Shown here piece after piece: positions 49,500-59,582 of a stretch of 64,000 nt of DNA. This stretch comes from an uncultured Rhodocyclaceae bacterium (GTDB lineage: Bacteria; Pseudomonadota; Gammaproteobacteria; Burkholderiales; Rhodocyclaceae). Position 1 is the stretch's first letter. Each line of letters starts with the position of its first letter. The notes below the pieces were generated by a model, which made no database searches, was not told where the DNA came from, and was given only the letters and a program-made list of their open reading frames with translations. The position numbers were made by a program, and so were the translations under genes. The DNA lies in NCBI GenBank assembly GCA_900549295.1, contig URNG01000001.1, forward strand, positions 323 through 64,322, given 5' to 3'.

Positions 49500-50264
49500 A
49501 TGAAGCCAGAGACGCTGCTCTCCCGCATCCGGGTGGTGTTGTGCCGCCCCAGCCACCCCGGCAACATCGGCGCTGCGGCGCGGGCGATGAAAACCATGGG
49601 CCTGGGCGATCTGCGTCTGGTCGCGCCGCGCCAGTTTCCCGATGCCGAGGCGACGACGCGCGCCACCGGCGCGGTCGACGTGCTGGAGCGGGCGCAGGTG
49701 GCCGCTACCTTGGCCGAAGCCTTGCGCGACAGCGTGTTTACCGTTGCCCTGAGCGCCCGCCAGCGCGATCTGGGGCCGCGCCTGGGCGCGCCGCGCGAGG
49801 TGGTCGGGGAATTGCTGGCGCGCGCCGCGAGCGGCCCGGTGGCGCTGGTGTTCGGCAACGAAAGCAGCGGGCTGGCGAACGAAGAAATCATGCAATGCCA
49901 GGCGGCGGTGACGATTCCGACCAATCCCGAATTCAGTTCACTCAATCTGGGCGCGGCGGTGCAGTTGCTGTGCTACGAATGCCGCATGACCGCCTTCGCC
50001 GGGGCCGCGCCGCTGCCCGATGCCGGCGTGACGCCCCTGGGCGGAGCGCCAGCGAATCACGCCGAAATCGAAGGGTTTTACGCCCACCTGACGCAGATCA
50101 TGCAGGACACCGGCTTCTACAATCCGCAACAGCCGGGGCGGCTGCTCGCCAAGCTGCGCCGCCTGTTCGGCCGGGCGGCGCTGGAACGCGACGAGGTGAA
50201 TATCCTGCGCGGCATCCTGAGCGCGACACAGAAACCGACCGGGCATGGGCGGCGGGGGGATTGA
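49500..50264 (+). CDS. trmJ: tRNA (cytidine/uridine-2'-O-)-methyltransferase TrmJ (SpoU family)
   Basis: SpoU motifs ([18 protein letters not shown]…[10 protein letters not shown]). Divergent from suhB as in E. coli. Confidence 0.85.
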   Translation: MKPETLLSRIRVVLCRPSHPGNIGAAARAMKTMGLGDLRLVAPRQFPDAEATTRATGAVDVLERAQVAATLAEALRDSVFTVALSARQRDLGPRLGAPREVVGELLARAASGPVALVFGNESSGLANEEIMQCQAAVTIPTNPEFSSLNLGAAVQLLCYECRMTAFAGAAPLPDAGVTPLGGAPANHAEIEGFYAHLTQIMQDTGFYNPQQPGRLLAKLRRLFGRAALERDEVNILRGILSATQKPTGHGRRGD

Positions 50265-50416
50265 GCCGGCGCGGAGCTGGCGCAGCCCTTGGGAAGTTCT
50301 GAATCAATCAGAACCGTTCGGGTTGAGCTTGTATAACCACTTGATTTTGCAGGTAATATACTTCGACAAGCGCCCTTCGGCAAGCTCAGGGCGAACGGAT
50401 TCGTTTAGAGCTTCCC

Positions 50417-51340
50417 TCACGGAATGTAAGGCAGCCGGACGTGCTCCGTGCTCGGCGCGTCCTCCGTCATTTCCCGGCACAGGGCGCGGAACAGGCGGAT
50501 GGCGTTGCTGTCGCGGCGGCTCGCGTGGCAGGCGAAATAGAACTGGCGGCTGAAATCGAATTGCGGCGTCGGGATTTCCAGCAGGCTGCCGCGCCGGAAG
50601 GCTTCGCGCAGCGCGAGCCGCGACAGGCAGCCGATGCCCAGGCCGGATTCCACCGCCCGCTTGATGGCTTCGGTGTGTTCCAGTTCGAGGCCGGCGCGCA
50701 CTTCCTGCAACTGGCCGCGGATGCCTTTCTCGAAACGGGTGCGCGTGCCGGAGCCGGCTTCGCGCAGAATCCAGAACTGGCGGGCCAGCGTGGCGTTGTC
50801 GACCGGGCCTTGTCCGGCCAGTGGGTGACTGGGGGCGCAGAAAACGACCAGTTCGTCGGCCAGCCAGGGTTCCAGCAGCAGTTCGGAATGGCTGAATTCG
50901 CCTTCCAGCAGGGCGAAATCGCACTGGAAGCGCAACAGGCGCTCGGCGATGGCGGCGGTATTGGCGACTTGCAGGCGCACCGGGGAATCCGGGTAGCGGC
51001 GCATGTACTCGACCACGATCAGGGTGGCGAGGTAGTTGCCGATGGTCAGCGTGGCGCCGATGGCGAGCGGGCCGGGGCCGCTGCCGGTGAGATAGGTTTC
51101 GATGTCGCCAGCCTGGATCAGCAGGGCTTCGGCCTTGTCGAGCAGGCCGCGGCCCGTGGAATTGAGATGCAGCGACTTGCCGACGCGGTCGAACAAGGGC
51201 CGCTCGAACATGCGTTCCAATTCGACCAGGGCGCTGCTGGCCGCCGATTGCGACAGTTTCAGTTGCTCGGCGGCGCGCGACACGTTTTCGGCGCGGGCGA
51301 TGGCGACGAAGATTTCCAGTTGGCGCAGGGAATATCGCAT
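50417..51340 (-). CDS. LysR-family transcriptional regulator
   Basis: N-terminal HTH LRQLEIFVAIARAENVSRAAEQLKLSQSAAS. Divergent from fpr. Confidence 0.85.
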   Translation of the reverse strand: MRYSLRQLEIFVAIARAENVSRAAEQLKLSQSAASSALVELERMFERPLFDRVGKSLHLNSTGRGLLDKAEALLIQAGDIETYLTGSGPGPLAIGATLTIGNYLATLIVVEYMRRYPDSPVRLQVANTAAIAERLLRFQCDFALLEGEFSHSELLLEPWLADELVVFCAPSHPLAGQGPVDNATLARQFWILREAGSGTRTRFEKGIRGQLQEVRAGLELEHTEAIKRAVESGLGIGCLSRLALREAFRRGSLLEIPTPQFDFSRQFYFACHASRRDSNAIRLFRALCREMTEDAPSTEHVRLPYIP

Positions 51341-51443
51341 ATCTATAAAACCGATAAGATTGATCTATATTAACCGTTTTTTTGATGAAGCATTTTGCTT
51401 TATCCTTGCCACCTTTCATTTTTCTGCCTGAGTACACCGCATC

Positions 51444-52220
51444 ATGAGCGCCTTCATCAGCGAAACCGTCACCTCCGTTCATCACTGGAATGACAGCCTG
51501 TTTTCCTTCCGCACCACGCGCGATCCGGCCCTGCGTTTCATCAACGGCCAGTTCGTGATGATCGGTATCGACGTCGCAGGCAAACCCCTGATGCGCGCCT
51601 ACAGCGTGGCCAGCCCGAACTACGAGGAGCATCTCGAATTCTTCAGCATCAAGGTGCAGGACGGCCCGCTGACTTCCCGCCTGCAACACCTGCAGCCGGG
51701 CGATCAGTTGCTGGTCAGCCGCAAACCGACCGGCACCCTGGTGCTGCGCGACCTGAAGCCGGGCAAGCGCCTGTTCCTGTTCGCCACCGGCACCGGCCTC
51801 GCGCCCTTCATGAGCCTGATCCACGACCCGGAAATGTACGAGCAGTATGAGAAGATCATCCTCATCCATGGCGTGCGCTGGGTGAGCGAACTGGCGTACC
51901 GCGACTACATCGAGAACAAGCTGCCGAACAACGAATTCCTCGGCGAGGAAGTGCGCGCCAAGCTGATCTACTACCCGACGGTGACGCGCGAGCCGTTCCG
52001 CAATCAGGGCCGGCAGACCGAACTCGTCACCTCCGGCAAGCTGTTCGCCGACATCGGCGAGCCGCCGCTCGACCCGGCCACCGACCGCGGCATGATCTGC
52101 GGCAGCCCGCACATGCTGAAAGACATCTCCGAGATGCTCAACGGCTATGGTTTCGAGATTTCCCCGCACATCGGCGTGCAGGGGGATTACGTGATCGAAC
52201 GGGCCTTCGTCGAGCAATGA
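51444..52220 (+). CDS. fpr: Ferredoxin-NADP+ reductase
   Basis: FAD/NAD motifs (RAYSVAS, LFATGTGLAPF) and Fpr family similarity. Confidence 0.88.
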   Translation: MSAFISETVTSVHHWNDSLFSFRTTRDPALRFINGQFVMIGIDVAGKPLMRAYSVASPNYEEHLEFFSIKVQDGPLTSRLQHLQPGDQLLVSRKPTGTLVLRDLKPGKRLFLFATGTGLAPFMSLIHDPEMYEQYEKIILIHGVRWVSELAYRDYIENKLPNNEFLGEEVRAKLIYYPTVTREPFRNQGRQTELVTSGKLFADIGEPPLDPATDRGMICGSPHMLKDISEMLNGYGFEISPHIGVQGDYVIERAFVEQ

Positions 52221-52264
52221 TCGGGTAAAACCGGCACGAAATTGCGCAAGAAATCCACGTAAAA

Positions 52265-52306
52265 CCTGCGCCGCCTCTTGGTCAGGCGGCGCAGGCGCGT
52301 TATAAT
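52265..52306 (+). promoter_or_regulatory. Perfect 12-bp hairpin CCTGCGCCGCCT-CTTGGTC-AGGCGGCGCAGG with embedded candidate promoter TTGGTC-17-TATAAT (-10 at 52301-52306)
   Basis: Seen directly. The -35 lies in the loop and the -10 just 3' of the stem. Confidence 0.4.
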
Positions 52307-52322
52307 CACCGGCTTGAAAAAA

Positions 52323-52342
52323 TCGCCCGGCCGGCCGGGCGA
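52323..52342. promoter_or_regulatory. Perfect 20-bp palindrome TCGCCCGGCCGGCCGGGCGA in the speH leader
   Basis: Seen directly. Confidence 0.4.
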
Positions 52343-52528
52343 ATGCTGTCAGCGTTACTTTGGCGTGCAGGAGAAACACCAACGGAACGAGGGCTCGGCA
52401 AAGGCCGGCGAAACGTCTCCCCCGATATTTTCCTTGCCCGCAGGTGGCGCTTGTTGCTGCGAAGGGCTGCGCTGTCTCGTTGCGCGGCCGTTCTGCCACT
52501 ACAGATTGCTCAGGGAGAGACTCGACGC

Positions 52529-52948
52529 ATGAATACCCCCGTGATTTCCGCCGCCATCGCCAACACGGCGTCCACCCGCATCAGCCGCAGCGCGACCGGC
52601 CTGCACCTGATCGGCGATCTGTACGTCTGCCGCTGCGACGAGCGCCTGATGCTGGACGCCGCTTTTCTCGAAGCGTTTTGCAAACAGAGCGTGGCGGCGG
52701 CGGAACTGACGACGGTGGGCAGCCTGTTCCACAGCTTCGGCGACGGTGACGGCGTGACCGGCGTGGTGGTGCTGGCCGAGTCGCATCTCTCCATCCACAC
52801 TTGGCCGGAAGCGGGCTACGTGACGCTGGACGTGTATGTCTGCAATTACTCGACCAACAACCGGCCCAAGGCGGAAAAATTGTTCGACGCCATCCTGACC
52901 GCCTTCGATCCGGCCGAGCCGCATCTGCACCGCGTCGAGCGCGCCTGA
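52529..52948 (+). CDS. speH: S-adenosylmethionine decarboxylase proenzyme (class 1B)
   Basis: LAESHLSIHTWPE self-processing Ser motif. 139 aa. Start ATG with GGGAGAG RBS; the 62-codon upstream in-frame extension is rejected. Confidence 0.85.
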   Translation: MNTPVISAAIANTASTRISRSATGLHLIGDLYVCRCDERLMLDAAFLEAFCKQSVAAAELTTVGSLFHSFGDGDGVTGVVVLAESHLSIHTWPEAGYVTLDVYVCNYSTNNRPKAEKLFDAILTAFDPAEPHLHRVERA

Positions 52949-53889
52949 TGGGAGCGCCGCGCTACGCCGTCGAGCGCCTGACGCCGGATTTCGGATTTTA
53001 TTTGCGCGACGCGCAAACGCTGGCCCGGGTCAAGTCGCCATGGCAGGAAATCGAAATCTTCGAGAACCCGCTGTTTGGCCGGGTGATGCGCATCGACGGC
53101 TGTTTCATGACCTCCGAGCGCGACGAGTTTTTCTACCACGAGCCGATGGTGCATCTGCCCGCCATCAGCCACGGCGCGCCGCGCTCGGCGCTGATCGTCG
53201 GCGGCGGCGACGGCGGCGCGGCAAAGGAATTGCTGAAGTACGCCTCCTTGCAGCGCTTGGTTCTGGCCGAACTGGACGGCGTGGTGATCGAAACGGCGCG
53301 CCGCTGGCTGCCGGAAATCCACCGCGGCGCTTTCGACGACCCGCGCCTGGAGATCCGCCTGGGCGATGCGCGGCCGCTGATCGAAGCGGGGCAGGAAGGC
53401 TTCGACCAGATCATTCTCGATCTGACCGACCCCTTCGGCCCGGCCACCGACCTGTACACCGTCGAGTTTTACGCCGCCTGCCGCCGCTGCCTGAATCCGG
53501 GCGGCGTGCTGTCCCTGCATCTGGGGTCGCCCATCCACCGCGCCGAGGCCATGGCGCGGATTCATGCCTCCCTGCGCGCCAGCTTCGCCGTGGTGCGTCC
53601 CTATCTGCAATACGTTCCGCTCTACGGCACCTTGTGGTGCATGGCGATGGCGTCCGATACGGTCGATCCGCTGGACTTGGCGGCCCCGGAAATCGACGCG
53701 CGCATCGGCGCCTGCGGTTTGCGCGACCTGCGGCTCTACAACGGGGCCACGCATCAGGCGCTGCTGGCGCAGCCCAATTTCGTGTGCGACATCTTCCGGC
53801 AGGAAGCCGCGCCGATCCGGCGCGGCGAGACGCTGACCGACGTTTGCGATCCGGCGCGACTGCCGGAGTTGCTGCTGCGCGAGGCGTAA
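52948..53889 (+). CDS. speE: Spermidine synthase (polyamine aminopropyltransferase)
   Basis: GGGDGG, spermidine synthase family. ATGA overlap with speH. Confidence 0.88.
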   Translation: MGAPRYAVERLTPDFGFYLRDAQTLARVKSPWQEIEIFENPLFGRVMRIDGCFMTSERDEFFYHEPMVHLPAISHGAPRSALIVGGGDGGAAKELLKYASLQRLVLAELDGVVIETARRWLPEIHRGAFDDPRLEIRLGDARPLIEAGQEGFDQIILDLTDPFGPATDLYTVEFYAACRRCLNPGGVLSLHLGSPIHRAEAMARIHASLRASFAVVRPYLQYVPLYGTLWCMAMASDTVDPLDLAAPEIDARIGACGLRDLRLYNGATHQALLAQPNFVCDIFRQEAAPIRRGETLTDVCDPARLPELLLREA

Positions 53890-54654
53890 TCAGCCAGCGC
53901 GCAGGCGCGCCAGCGGGTCTTGCCGGTAATAGCGCACGAGCAGCCGGTAGAGCGCCGGATATTCTGCGGCGAGCACGTCCGGCGCGCCAAAGAAGCATTC
54001 GCTGCTGACGGCGAAGAATTCCTCCGGCGCTTCGCTGGCGTAAGGGTCGATCCAGGTATCCTCGCCGGCGTCGACCCGGCGGCAGAAATCCTCGTAGGCC
54101 GGGGCGAAATCGCGCAGCCACGCCTGCCGCGACAAACCTTCCGGCAGCGCCGGAATGCCGTCGGCCGCGCCGTTCCGCATGTCGAGCTTGTGGGCGAATT
54201 CGTGGATGACCACGTTGTAATCCGCTGTCGCCATCGCCGCATCGCGCCAGGAAACGAGCAGTGGCCCGCCCGCCCAGGCTTCGCCGGAGAGCACGTCGGC
54301 GTATTCGTGCACGACGCCGTCCTCGTCCATTTCGCTGCGCTCGACGACGAATTCATCCGGGTAAACCACGATGCCGACCCAGTCGCGGTAAGCGTCCAGC
54401 CCCAGTTCCAGGATGGGCAGGCAGCCCTGGGCGGCAATGGCGACGCAGATGGCGTCGGTGAGGCGCAGGCCGCCCGCGGCGGAAAATTCCTTGGCGGCGA
54501 GAAATGCCTCGCACAGGGTTTTCAGGCGCGTCTGTTCTGCCGCAGTCAGCGCGGCCAGAAAGGGATAGTGCGCCAGGGTGGAACGCCACAGCGTTTCGGG
54601 AATCGCGCGCGGCTCGCGGCCCAGCCAGCGTGACAGGTGCGCCAGAATGCCCAT
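53890..54654 (-). CDS. mtfA: Zinc-dependent peptidase MtfA (M90 family)
   Basis: HEFAHKLD HEXXH motif and MtfA/DUF980 similarity. Confidence 0.8.
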   Translation of the reverse strand: MGILAHLSRWLGREPRAIPETLWRSTLAHYPFLAALTAAEQTRLKTLCEAFLAAKEFSAAGGLRLTDAICVAIAAQGCLPILELGLDAYRDWVGIVVYPDEFVVERSEMDEDGVVHEYADVLSGEAWAGGPLLVSWRDAAMATADYNVVIHEFAHKLDMRNGAADGIPALPEGLSRQAWLRDFAPAYEDFCRRVDAGEDTWIDPYASEAPEEFFAVSSECFFGAPDVLAAEYPALYRLLVRYYRQDPLARLRAG

Positions 54655-54655
54655 C

Positions 54656-55543
54656 TCAGCCCTTGCGCATGGTCAGGCCGATGCCGGTGAAGATTAGGCC
54701 GATGCCGAGGTAGTGGTAAAGCTGCGGCCGCTCGCCCAGGAAAAGCGCGGAGAGCAGGATGCCGAACACCGGCATCAGGTGAATGAACAGGCTCGCCCGG
54801 CCGGCGCCGACTTCGGCGACGCCGCGGTTGTAAAAGATGTAGCCGATGAAACTGGGAAAAATCCCGACGTAGGCCAGCGCCGCCAGAGAAGCGGGATGCA
54901 CGTCGATGCTGCGCCCCTGCGCCATTTCCCAGAGCCAGGCCGGCAACAGGGCGGCCAGCCCGACGGCGGTGAAGGCGGCGAGCAGGAGCATGGCATCCAC
55001 GCCGGCCGGCCGCCAGGCCAGCCCGACGGTGTAGAGCGCCCATACGGCGACCGCCAGCAGCATCCACAAATCCCCCCGGTTCAGGTTCAGATGCAGCAGG
55101 GTGGAAAGCTCGCCGTGCGCCACGATGGTCAGCGCGCCGGCCAGCGAAATCGTCACGCCCAGGCTGGCGAGTACAGACAGGCGCTTGCCGAAGAAAGCCC
55201 AGGCCAGCGCCACGGTGGCGACGGGGATGAAGGAATTGAGCAGCACCGCATTGGTCGCGGTGGTGGTCTGCAAGGCCAGATAGGCGAAGGTGTTGTAGCC
55301 GCCGACGCCGAGCAGCCCGAGCGCGACGACCGGCCGCCAGGCGCGGCGCAGCAGCGGCCATTGCGTCTTGAAATGCGGCGCGGCCAGCGGCAGGACGAGG
55401 AGAAAGGCGATCAGCCAGCGCCAGAAGGCCAGAGCCAGTGGCGGCACGTCGGCCCGGATGCCGCGCCCCAGGACCATGTTGCCCGACCAGAACAGCGCCG
55501 TCAGGGTGAGGAGGAGATAAGGGTTTTTCAGGAACTTCGTCAT
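54656..55543 (-). CDS. EamA/DMT-family transporter
   Basis: 295 aa, ~10 TM segments, two EamA repeats. Its stop lies 1 nt from the mtfA start. The 1316-aa track ORF is an antisense artefact 5' extension. Confidence 0.8.
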   Translation of the reverse strand: MTKFLKNPYLLLTLTALFWSGNMVLGRGIRADVPPLALAFWRWLIAFLLVLPLAAPHFKTQWPLLRRAWRPVVALGLLGVGGYNTFAYLALQTTTATNAVLLNSFIPVATVALAWAFFGKRLSVLASLGVTISLAGALTIVAHGELSTLLHLNLNRGDLWMLLAVAVWALYTVGLAWRPAGVDAMLLLAAFTAVGLAALLPAWLWEMAQGRSIDVHPASLAALAYVGIFPSFIGYIFYNRGVAEVGAGRASLFIHLMPVFGILLSALFLGERPQLYHYLGIGLIFTGIGLTMRKG

Positions 55544-55627
55544 CGTCGGCGCATTATGCCCGAGGCCGCGCGGAGACGTGCGAGGAGGCATGGGGGCTGG
55601 CGCGGCAACTGCCGGTATAATCGCGGG

Positions 55628-57844
55628 ATGGTTTCCGTCGTTCATTCCGTCGCCGCGCAGAGCGACTTCGAGCAGTTTTTTTCCGTTCTCTCGGCTGGCC
55701 TGACGGCGCCGGAAAGCGAGCGCCTGCACGACGCCGTTTCCTACGCCTGGGAGATTTACGGCGAGCGTCTGCTGGGCAGCGGCGAGCGTATCTGGTCGCA
55801 CGCCCTGGGCATGGCGGTCATCATCGCCGGGCTGGAACTCGACGTCGAATCGCGCATCGCCGCGCTGCTGTTCGCCGCGCCGGCGCAGGACGAAAACGCC
55901 ATCGCGCACATCGAAACGCGCTTCGGCAAGCCGGCGGCGCATCTGGTGCAGGGCGTCTATCGCCTGAACCGCCTGCGCCCGATCGCCAAGGGGTTCGTCG
56001 CGGTCGATCTGGAAGCCGGCGAAAGCAATCCGGCGGAAATGCGCGCCCAGGTCGAGGTGCTGCGCAAAATGTTGCTGGCGATGGTGGAGGACATCCGCGT
56101 GGTGCTGCTGCGGCTCGCCAGCCGCACGCAGACCCTGCGCTTCTACGCGGCCAACCCGGACGACCTGCGCACGCAGGTGGCGCGCGAAACCCTGGAACTC
56201 TATTCGCCGCTGGCGAACCGGCTCGGCGTCTGGGAACTCAAGTGGGAGCTGGAAGATCTGTCCTTCCGCTTCCTGCATCCCGACATCTACCGCTCGATCG
56301 CCAAGCAGCTTGACGAAAAGCGCAGCGAGCGCGAAGAATTCATCGCCAATGCCGTGACCCGCGTGCGCGAGGAGCTGGAGGCTTCCGGCATCCACGAGGC
56401 GGAAATCTACGGCCGCCCCAAGCACATCTACAGCATCTGGAACAAGATGCGCAAGAAAGGCGTCGAGTTCGCCGAGGTCTATGACGTGCGGGCGCTGCGC
56501 ATCATCCTCAATGACGTGAAGGACTGCTACACCGCGCTGGGTATCGTGCACAACCTGTGGACGCCGATTCCCAAGGAATTCGACGATTACATCTCCAAGC
56601 CCAAGGGCAACAACTACCGTTCCCTGCATACCGCCGTGCAATGCCCGGACGGGCGCAGCCTGGAAATCCAGATCCGCACCCACGAAATGCACGGCCACGC
56701 CGAACTCGGCGTGGCGGCGCACTGGCGCTACAAGGAAGGCTCCAAAGCGCCGGGGGCGGACGCCTACGACGAAAAGATCGCCTGGCTGCGCCAACTGCTC
56801 ACCTGGAAGAACGAAGTCGCCAGTTCCGACTGGGTGACGCACTACAAGCAGGCGGCGCTCGACGAAACCATCTACGTGATGACGCCGCAGGGGCGCGTGG
56901 TCGATCTGCCCTCCGGCTCGACGCCGGTCGATTTTGCCTACCGCGTGCATACCGACCTCGGCCACCGCTGCCGCGGCGCGAAGGTCGACGGGCAACTGGT
57001 GCCGCTCAACACGCCTCTGGAAACCGGGCAGCAGGTGGAAATCGTCACTGTCAAGCTGGGCGGCCCGTCGCGCGACTGGCTGAATCCCGCCCAAGGCTAC
57101 ATCCACACCAAGAGCGCCCGCATCAAGGTGCGCAACTGGTTTGCCCATCAGGCGCTGGAAGAAACCCTGAGCGAAGGGCGCGCCCTGATCGCCAAGGAGT
57201 TGCAGCGCGCCGGCCAGACCGGGGCCAACATCGACGATCTGGCGCGCAAGATGGATTTCGCCAAGGCCGACGATCTCTACATCGCGGCGGCGCGCGGCGA
57301 ACTTGGCCAGCGCCAGTTGCAGCTCGCGCTGCGCGGCGACGCGGCGCTCGACAATCTGGTGCCGGACACCGTGCCGACCCGCCCGCGCAAGCCGGTGGAA
57401 GGCAATCAGGGCATCCTGATCGTCGGCGTCGACAAGCTCCTGACGCAGCTCGCGCGCTGCTGCAAACCGGCGCCGCCCGATGAGATTCTCGGCTTCATCA
57501 CGCGCGGCAAGGGGATTTCCATCCACCGCGCCGATTGCCCGAATTTCGCCAACCTCGCCGCGCTGCACCCGGAGCGGGTGATCGAAACCGACTGGGGTGA
57601 GGAAACCACCGGCGTATTCGCCTGCGACATCGTAGTGGACGCGCACGACCGGCAGGGCCTGCTGCGCGACATTTCGGAAATCTTCACCCGCGAAAAACTC
57701 AACGTCGTCGGCGTCAATACGCAGTCGCGCCAGGGCGAAGCGCACATGAGTTTCACGGTTGAAATCAGCAATTTGCGCCAGCTGCAGCGTACCCTCGGCC
57801 TGATTCACGAAGTGCAGGGCGTGGTCGGGGTGCGCCGGGCCTGA
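55628..57844 (+). CDS. relA: GTP pyrophosphokinase RelA ((p)ppGpp synthetase I)
   Basis: MVSVVHSVA… aligns with E. coli RelA MVAVRSAHI. No HD motif in the N-terminus. Synthetase motif RPKHIYSIWNKM. TGS and ACT domains. Confidence 0.88.
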   Translation: MVSVVHSVAAQSDFEQFFSVLSAGLTAPESERLHDAVSYAWEIYGERLLGSGERIWSHALGMAVIIAGLELDVESRIAALLFAAPAQDENAIAHIETRFGKPAAHLVQGVYRLNRLRPIAKGFVAVDLEAGESNPAEMRAQVEVLRKMLLAMVEDIRVVLLRLASRTQTLRFYAANPDDLRTQVARETLELYSPLANRLGVWELKWELEDLSFRFLHPDIYRSIAKQLDEKRSEREEFIANAVTRVREELEASGIHEAEIYGRPKHIYSIWNKMRKKGVEFAEVYDVRALRIILNDVKDCYTALGIVHNLWTPIPKEFDDYISKPKGNNYRSLHTAVQCPDGRSLEIQIRTHEMHGHAELGVAAHWRYKEGSKAPGADAYDEKIAWLRQLLTWKNEVASSDWVTHYKQAALDETIYVMTPQGRVVDLPSGSTPVDFAYRVHTDLGHRCRGAKVDGQLVPLNTPLETGQQVEIVTVKLGGPSRDWLNPAQGYIHTKSARIKVRNWFAHQALEETLSEGRALIAKELQRAGQTGANIDDLARKMDFAKADDLYIAAARGELGQRQLQLALRGDAALDNLVPDTVPTRPRKPVEGNQGILIVGVDKLLTQLARCCKPAPPDEILGFITRGKGISIHRADCPNFANLAALHPERVIETDWGEETTGVFACDIVVDAHDRQGLLRDISEIFTREKLNVVGVNTQSRQGEAHMSFTVEISNLRQLQRTLGLIHEVQGVVGVRRA

Positions 57845-57940
57845 TTTGAGCGCGGCGGGTGCGACAATTTGCCGCAAACAGCCGCCCGCCGCCCATGCCA
57901 CAATCCGTGACGAGAACAGGAAAGGCGGCGCGGCGGTTCG

Positions 57941-58429
57941 ATGTGGCGTTTTTCCTTCGGAAAGAAAACAGTGAATAGAAAAATTCTGCTCGACGTCGTG
58001 GGAGTGTTGCTGATCGCGCTGGTCGTGCTGATCGGCTACAAGCTGTCCCCGATCCTGCTGCCCAAGGCCGACCTGACGCTGGAACCCGATCCTGCCTGCG
58101 ATTTGCAGAAAACCGCCTGTGCCGTCGCGCTGCCGGAAGGCGGCGAGTTGAAGCTTTCCGTCGGCACGCAGCCCATTCCCCTGGTCAAGCCGTTTGCCGT
58201 GACGGTGGACATGCCGGGGGCCGAGCAGGTGGAAATCGATTTTTCCGGCGTCGACATGGACATGGGCTATAACCGCCCCATGCTGCAACAGGCGGCTCCC
58301 GGCGTGTTCAAGGGCGAAGCGACCCTGCCGGTGTGCGTGACCGGGCGCATGACTTGGCAGGCGACGGTGCTGGCGGAAACCGGCAAGACGCGCATTGCCG
58401 TGCCGTTTCGTTTCGTGACGGGCGAGTGA
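57941..58429 (+). CDS. Hypothetical membrane-anchored periplasmic protein (one N-terminal TM; FixH/YtkA-like architecture)
   Basis: 162 aa. Conserved context directly upstream of sco1-pcuAC; start uncertain. Confidence 0.55.
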   Translation: MWRFSFGKKTVNRKILLDVVGVLLIALVVLIGYKLSPILLPKADLTLEPDPACDLQKTACAVALPEGGELKLSVGTQPIPLVKPFAVTVDMPGAEQVEIDFSGVDMDMGYNRPMLQQAAPGVFKGEATLPVCVTGRMTWQATVLAETGKTRIAVPFRFVTGE

Positions 58430-58430
58430 A

Positions 58431-59072
58431 GTGTCGCAAGGGCAAATGTTGAAAGAACCAAGGTCGAAAGAACGGCTGAACGAGCGTCTTCTCGTCCTGC
58501 TGGCCGTTGCCGTGGCCTTGCTGATCGCCGCGCTGGCGGTGTTCTGGCACCCGGAAAAACAGCCGCCGTTGCGCCCGACCACCTTGCCGTCGGGTGGCGA
58601 TTTCACCCTGCAATCCGCCGCCGGCCCGGTTGCGCTTTCCGATTACCAGGGGCGTCTGGTGTTGCTCTATTTCGGCTACACCTTCTGTCCGGACATTTGC
58701 CCGACCACGCTCATCACCCTGTCCGACAGCCTTTCACTGCTTACGGCGGCGGAGCGCGGGAAAGTCGCCGTGCTCTTCGTTTCGGTCGATCCCGAACGCG
58801 ATACGCCGGAGCATCTCAAAACCTATCTCGCCTTTTTCGACGCCGGAGCCGTCGGCCTGACCGGCACCCCGCAGGAAATCGCCGAAATTGCCAAACGCTA
58901 CGGCGTGTTCTATAGCAAGCAGCCCGCAGATGGCCCCGGCGGTGCCTACAGCATGGATCATTCCGCCGACACCTTCCTGGTCGGCCCGGATGGCCGGGTA
59001 CGCGCGCGTATTGCCCACGGCACGCCGCCGGAGGACGTGGCGGCCATTCTTCGTCAGTATCTAAACCCGTAA
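58431..59072 (+). CDS. SCO1/SenC copper chaperone (thioredoxin-like)
   Basis: CPDICP motif plus conserved His. Confidence 0.88.
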   Translation: MSQGQMLKEPRSKERLNERLLVLLAVAVALLIAALAVFWHPEKQPPLRPTTLPSGGDFTLQSAAGPVALSDYQGRLVLLYFGYTFCPDICPTTLITLSDSLSLLTAAERGKVAVLFVSVDPERDTPEHLKTYLAFFDAGAVGLTGTPQEIAEIAKRYGVFYSKQPADGPGGAYSMDHSADTFLVGPDGRVRARIAHGTPPEDVAAILRQYLNP

Positions 59073-59084
59073 AAGGAGTCTTTC

Positions 59085-59558
59085 ATGAAGCGTTTGAGCG
59101 TTCTCGTTTCCGGCCTGTTCCTGTCTCTGGCCGCCTTTGCCGGCGCGGCGGATCAAGTCGAGGTGCACGAGCCTTATGTCCGCCTCGCGCCGCCCAATGC
59201 CCCGGCCACCGGTGCCTTCATGGTGATCCGCAACACCGGCGACATCCCGGTCAAGGTGGTGAAGGCGGAAAATCCCACGTCCAACCTCACTGAATTGCAC
59301 AACCACATCAACGACAAGGGCGTCATGCGCATGCGCCAGGTGCCGTCCATCGACATTCCGGCCAAGGGCCAGGCCGAACTCAAGCCGGGCGGCCTGCACG
59401 TCATGCTGATCGACATGAAAGCCCCGCTGACCGAAGGCCAGATCGTCCCCATCACCCTGGGCTTCGATGACGGCAGCAGCAAACAGGTCGACGCCAAGGT
59501 GGTCAACATGATGGCCGGCAAGGCCATGCAGCAGCCGGTGCGGCACGGCCAGCACTGA
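59085..59558 (+). CDS. Periplasmic copper chaperone PCu(A)C (DUF461)
   Basis: Signal peptide; conserved H(M)…M…HVM Cu(I) ligands. RBS AAGGAG. Confidence 0.85.
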   Translation: MKRLSVLVSGLFLSLAAFAGAADQVEVHEPYVRLAPPNAPATGAFMVIRNTGDIPVKVVKAENPTSNLTELHNHINDKGVMRMRQVPSIDIPAKGQAELKPGGLHVMLIDMKAPLTEGQIVPITLGFDDGSSKQVDAKVVNMMAGKAMQQPVRHGQH

Positions 59559-59582
59559 ACGGTTTTTCAGCACGAAAAAACC

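Noticed and set aside
52343-52528. 62-codon in-frame upstream extension of speH, and similar extensions for carA from 13698, carB from 15003 and suhB to 49895
   Set aside because: Conserved N-termini align with the downstream starts and good RBSs precede them. The extensions cross hairpins or terminators and have no RBS.
54656-58606. 1316-aa minus-strand ORF, and similar >1000-aa ORFs at 14904-18341, 30113-33598, 34424-36979 and 37165-39303
   Set aside because: They are antisense to relA, carB and the nuo genes, which have unambiguous homology. They have Arg/Gly/Ala/His-rich junk composition typical of stop-codon-poor reverse frames in high-GC DNA. Only the 3' 888 nt of the first one (the EamA transporter) is real.
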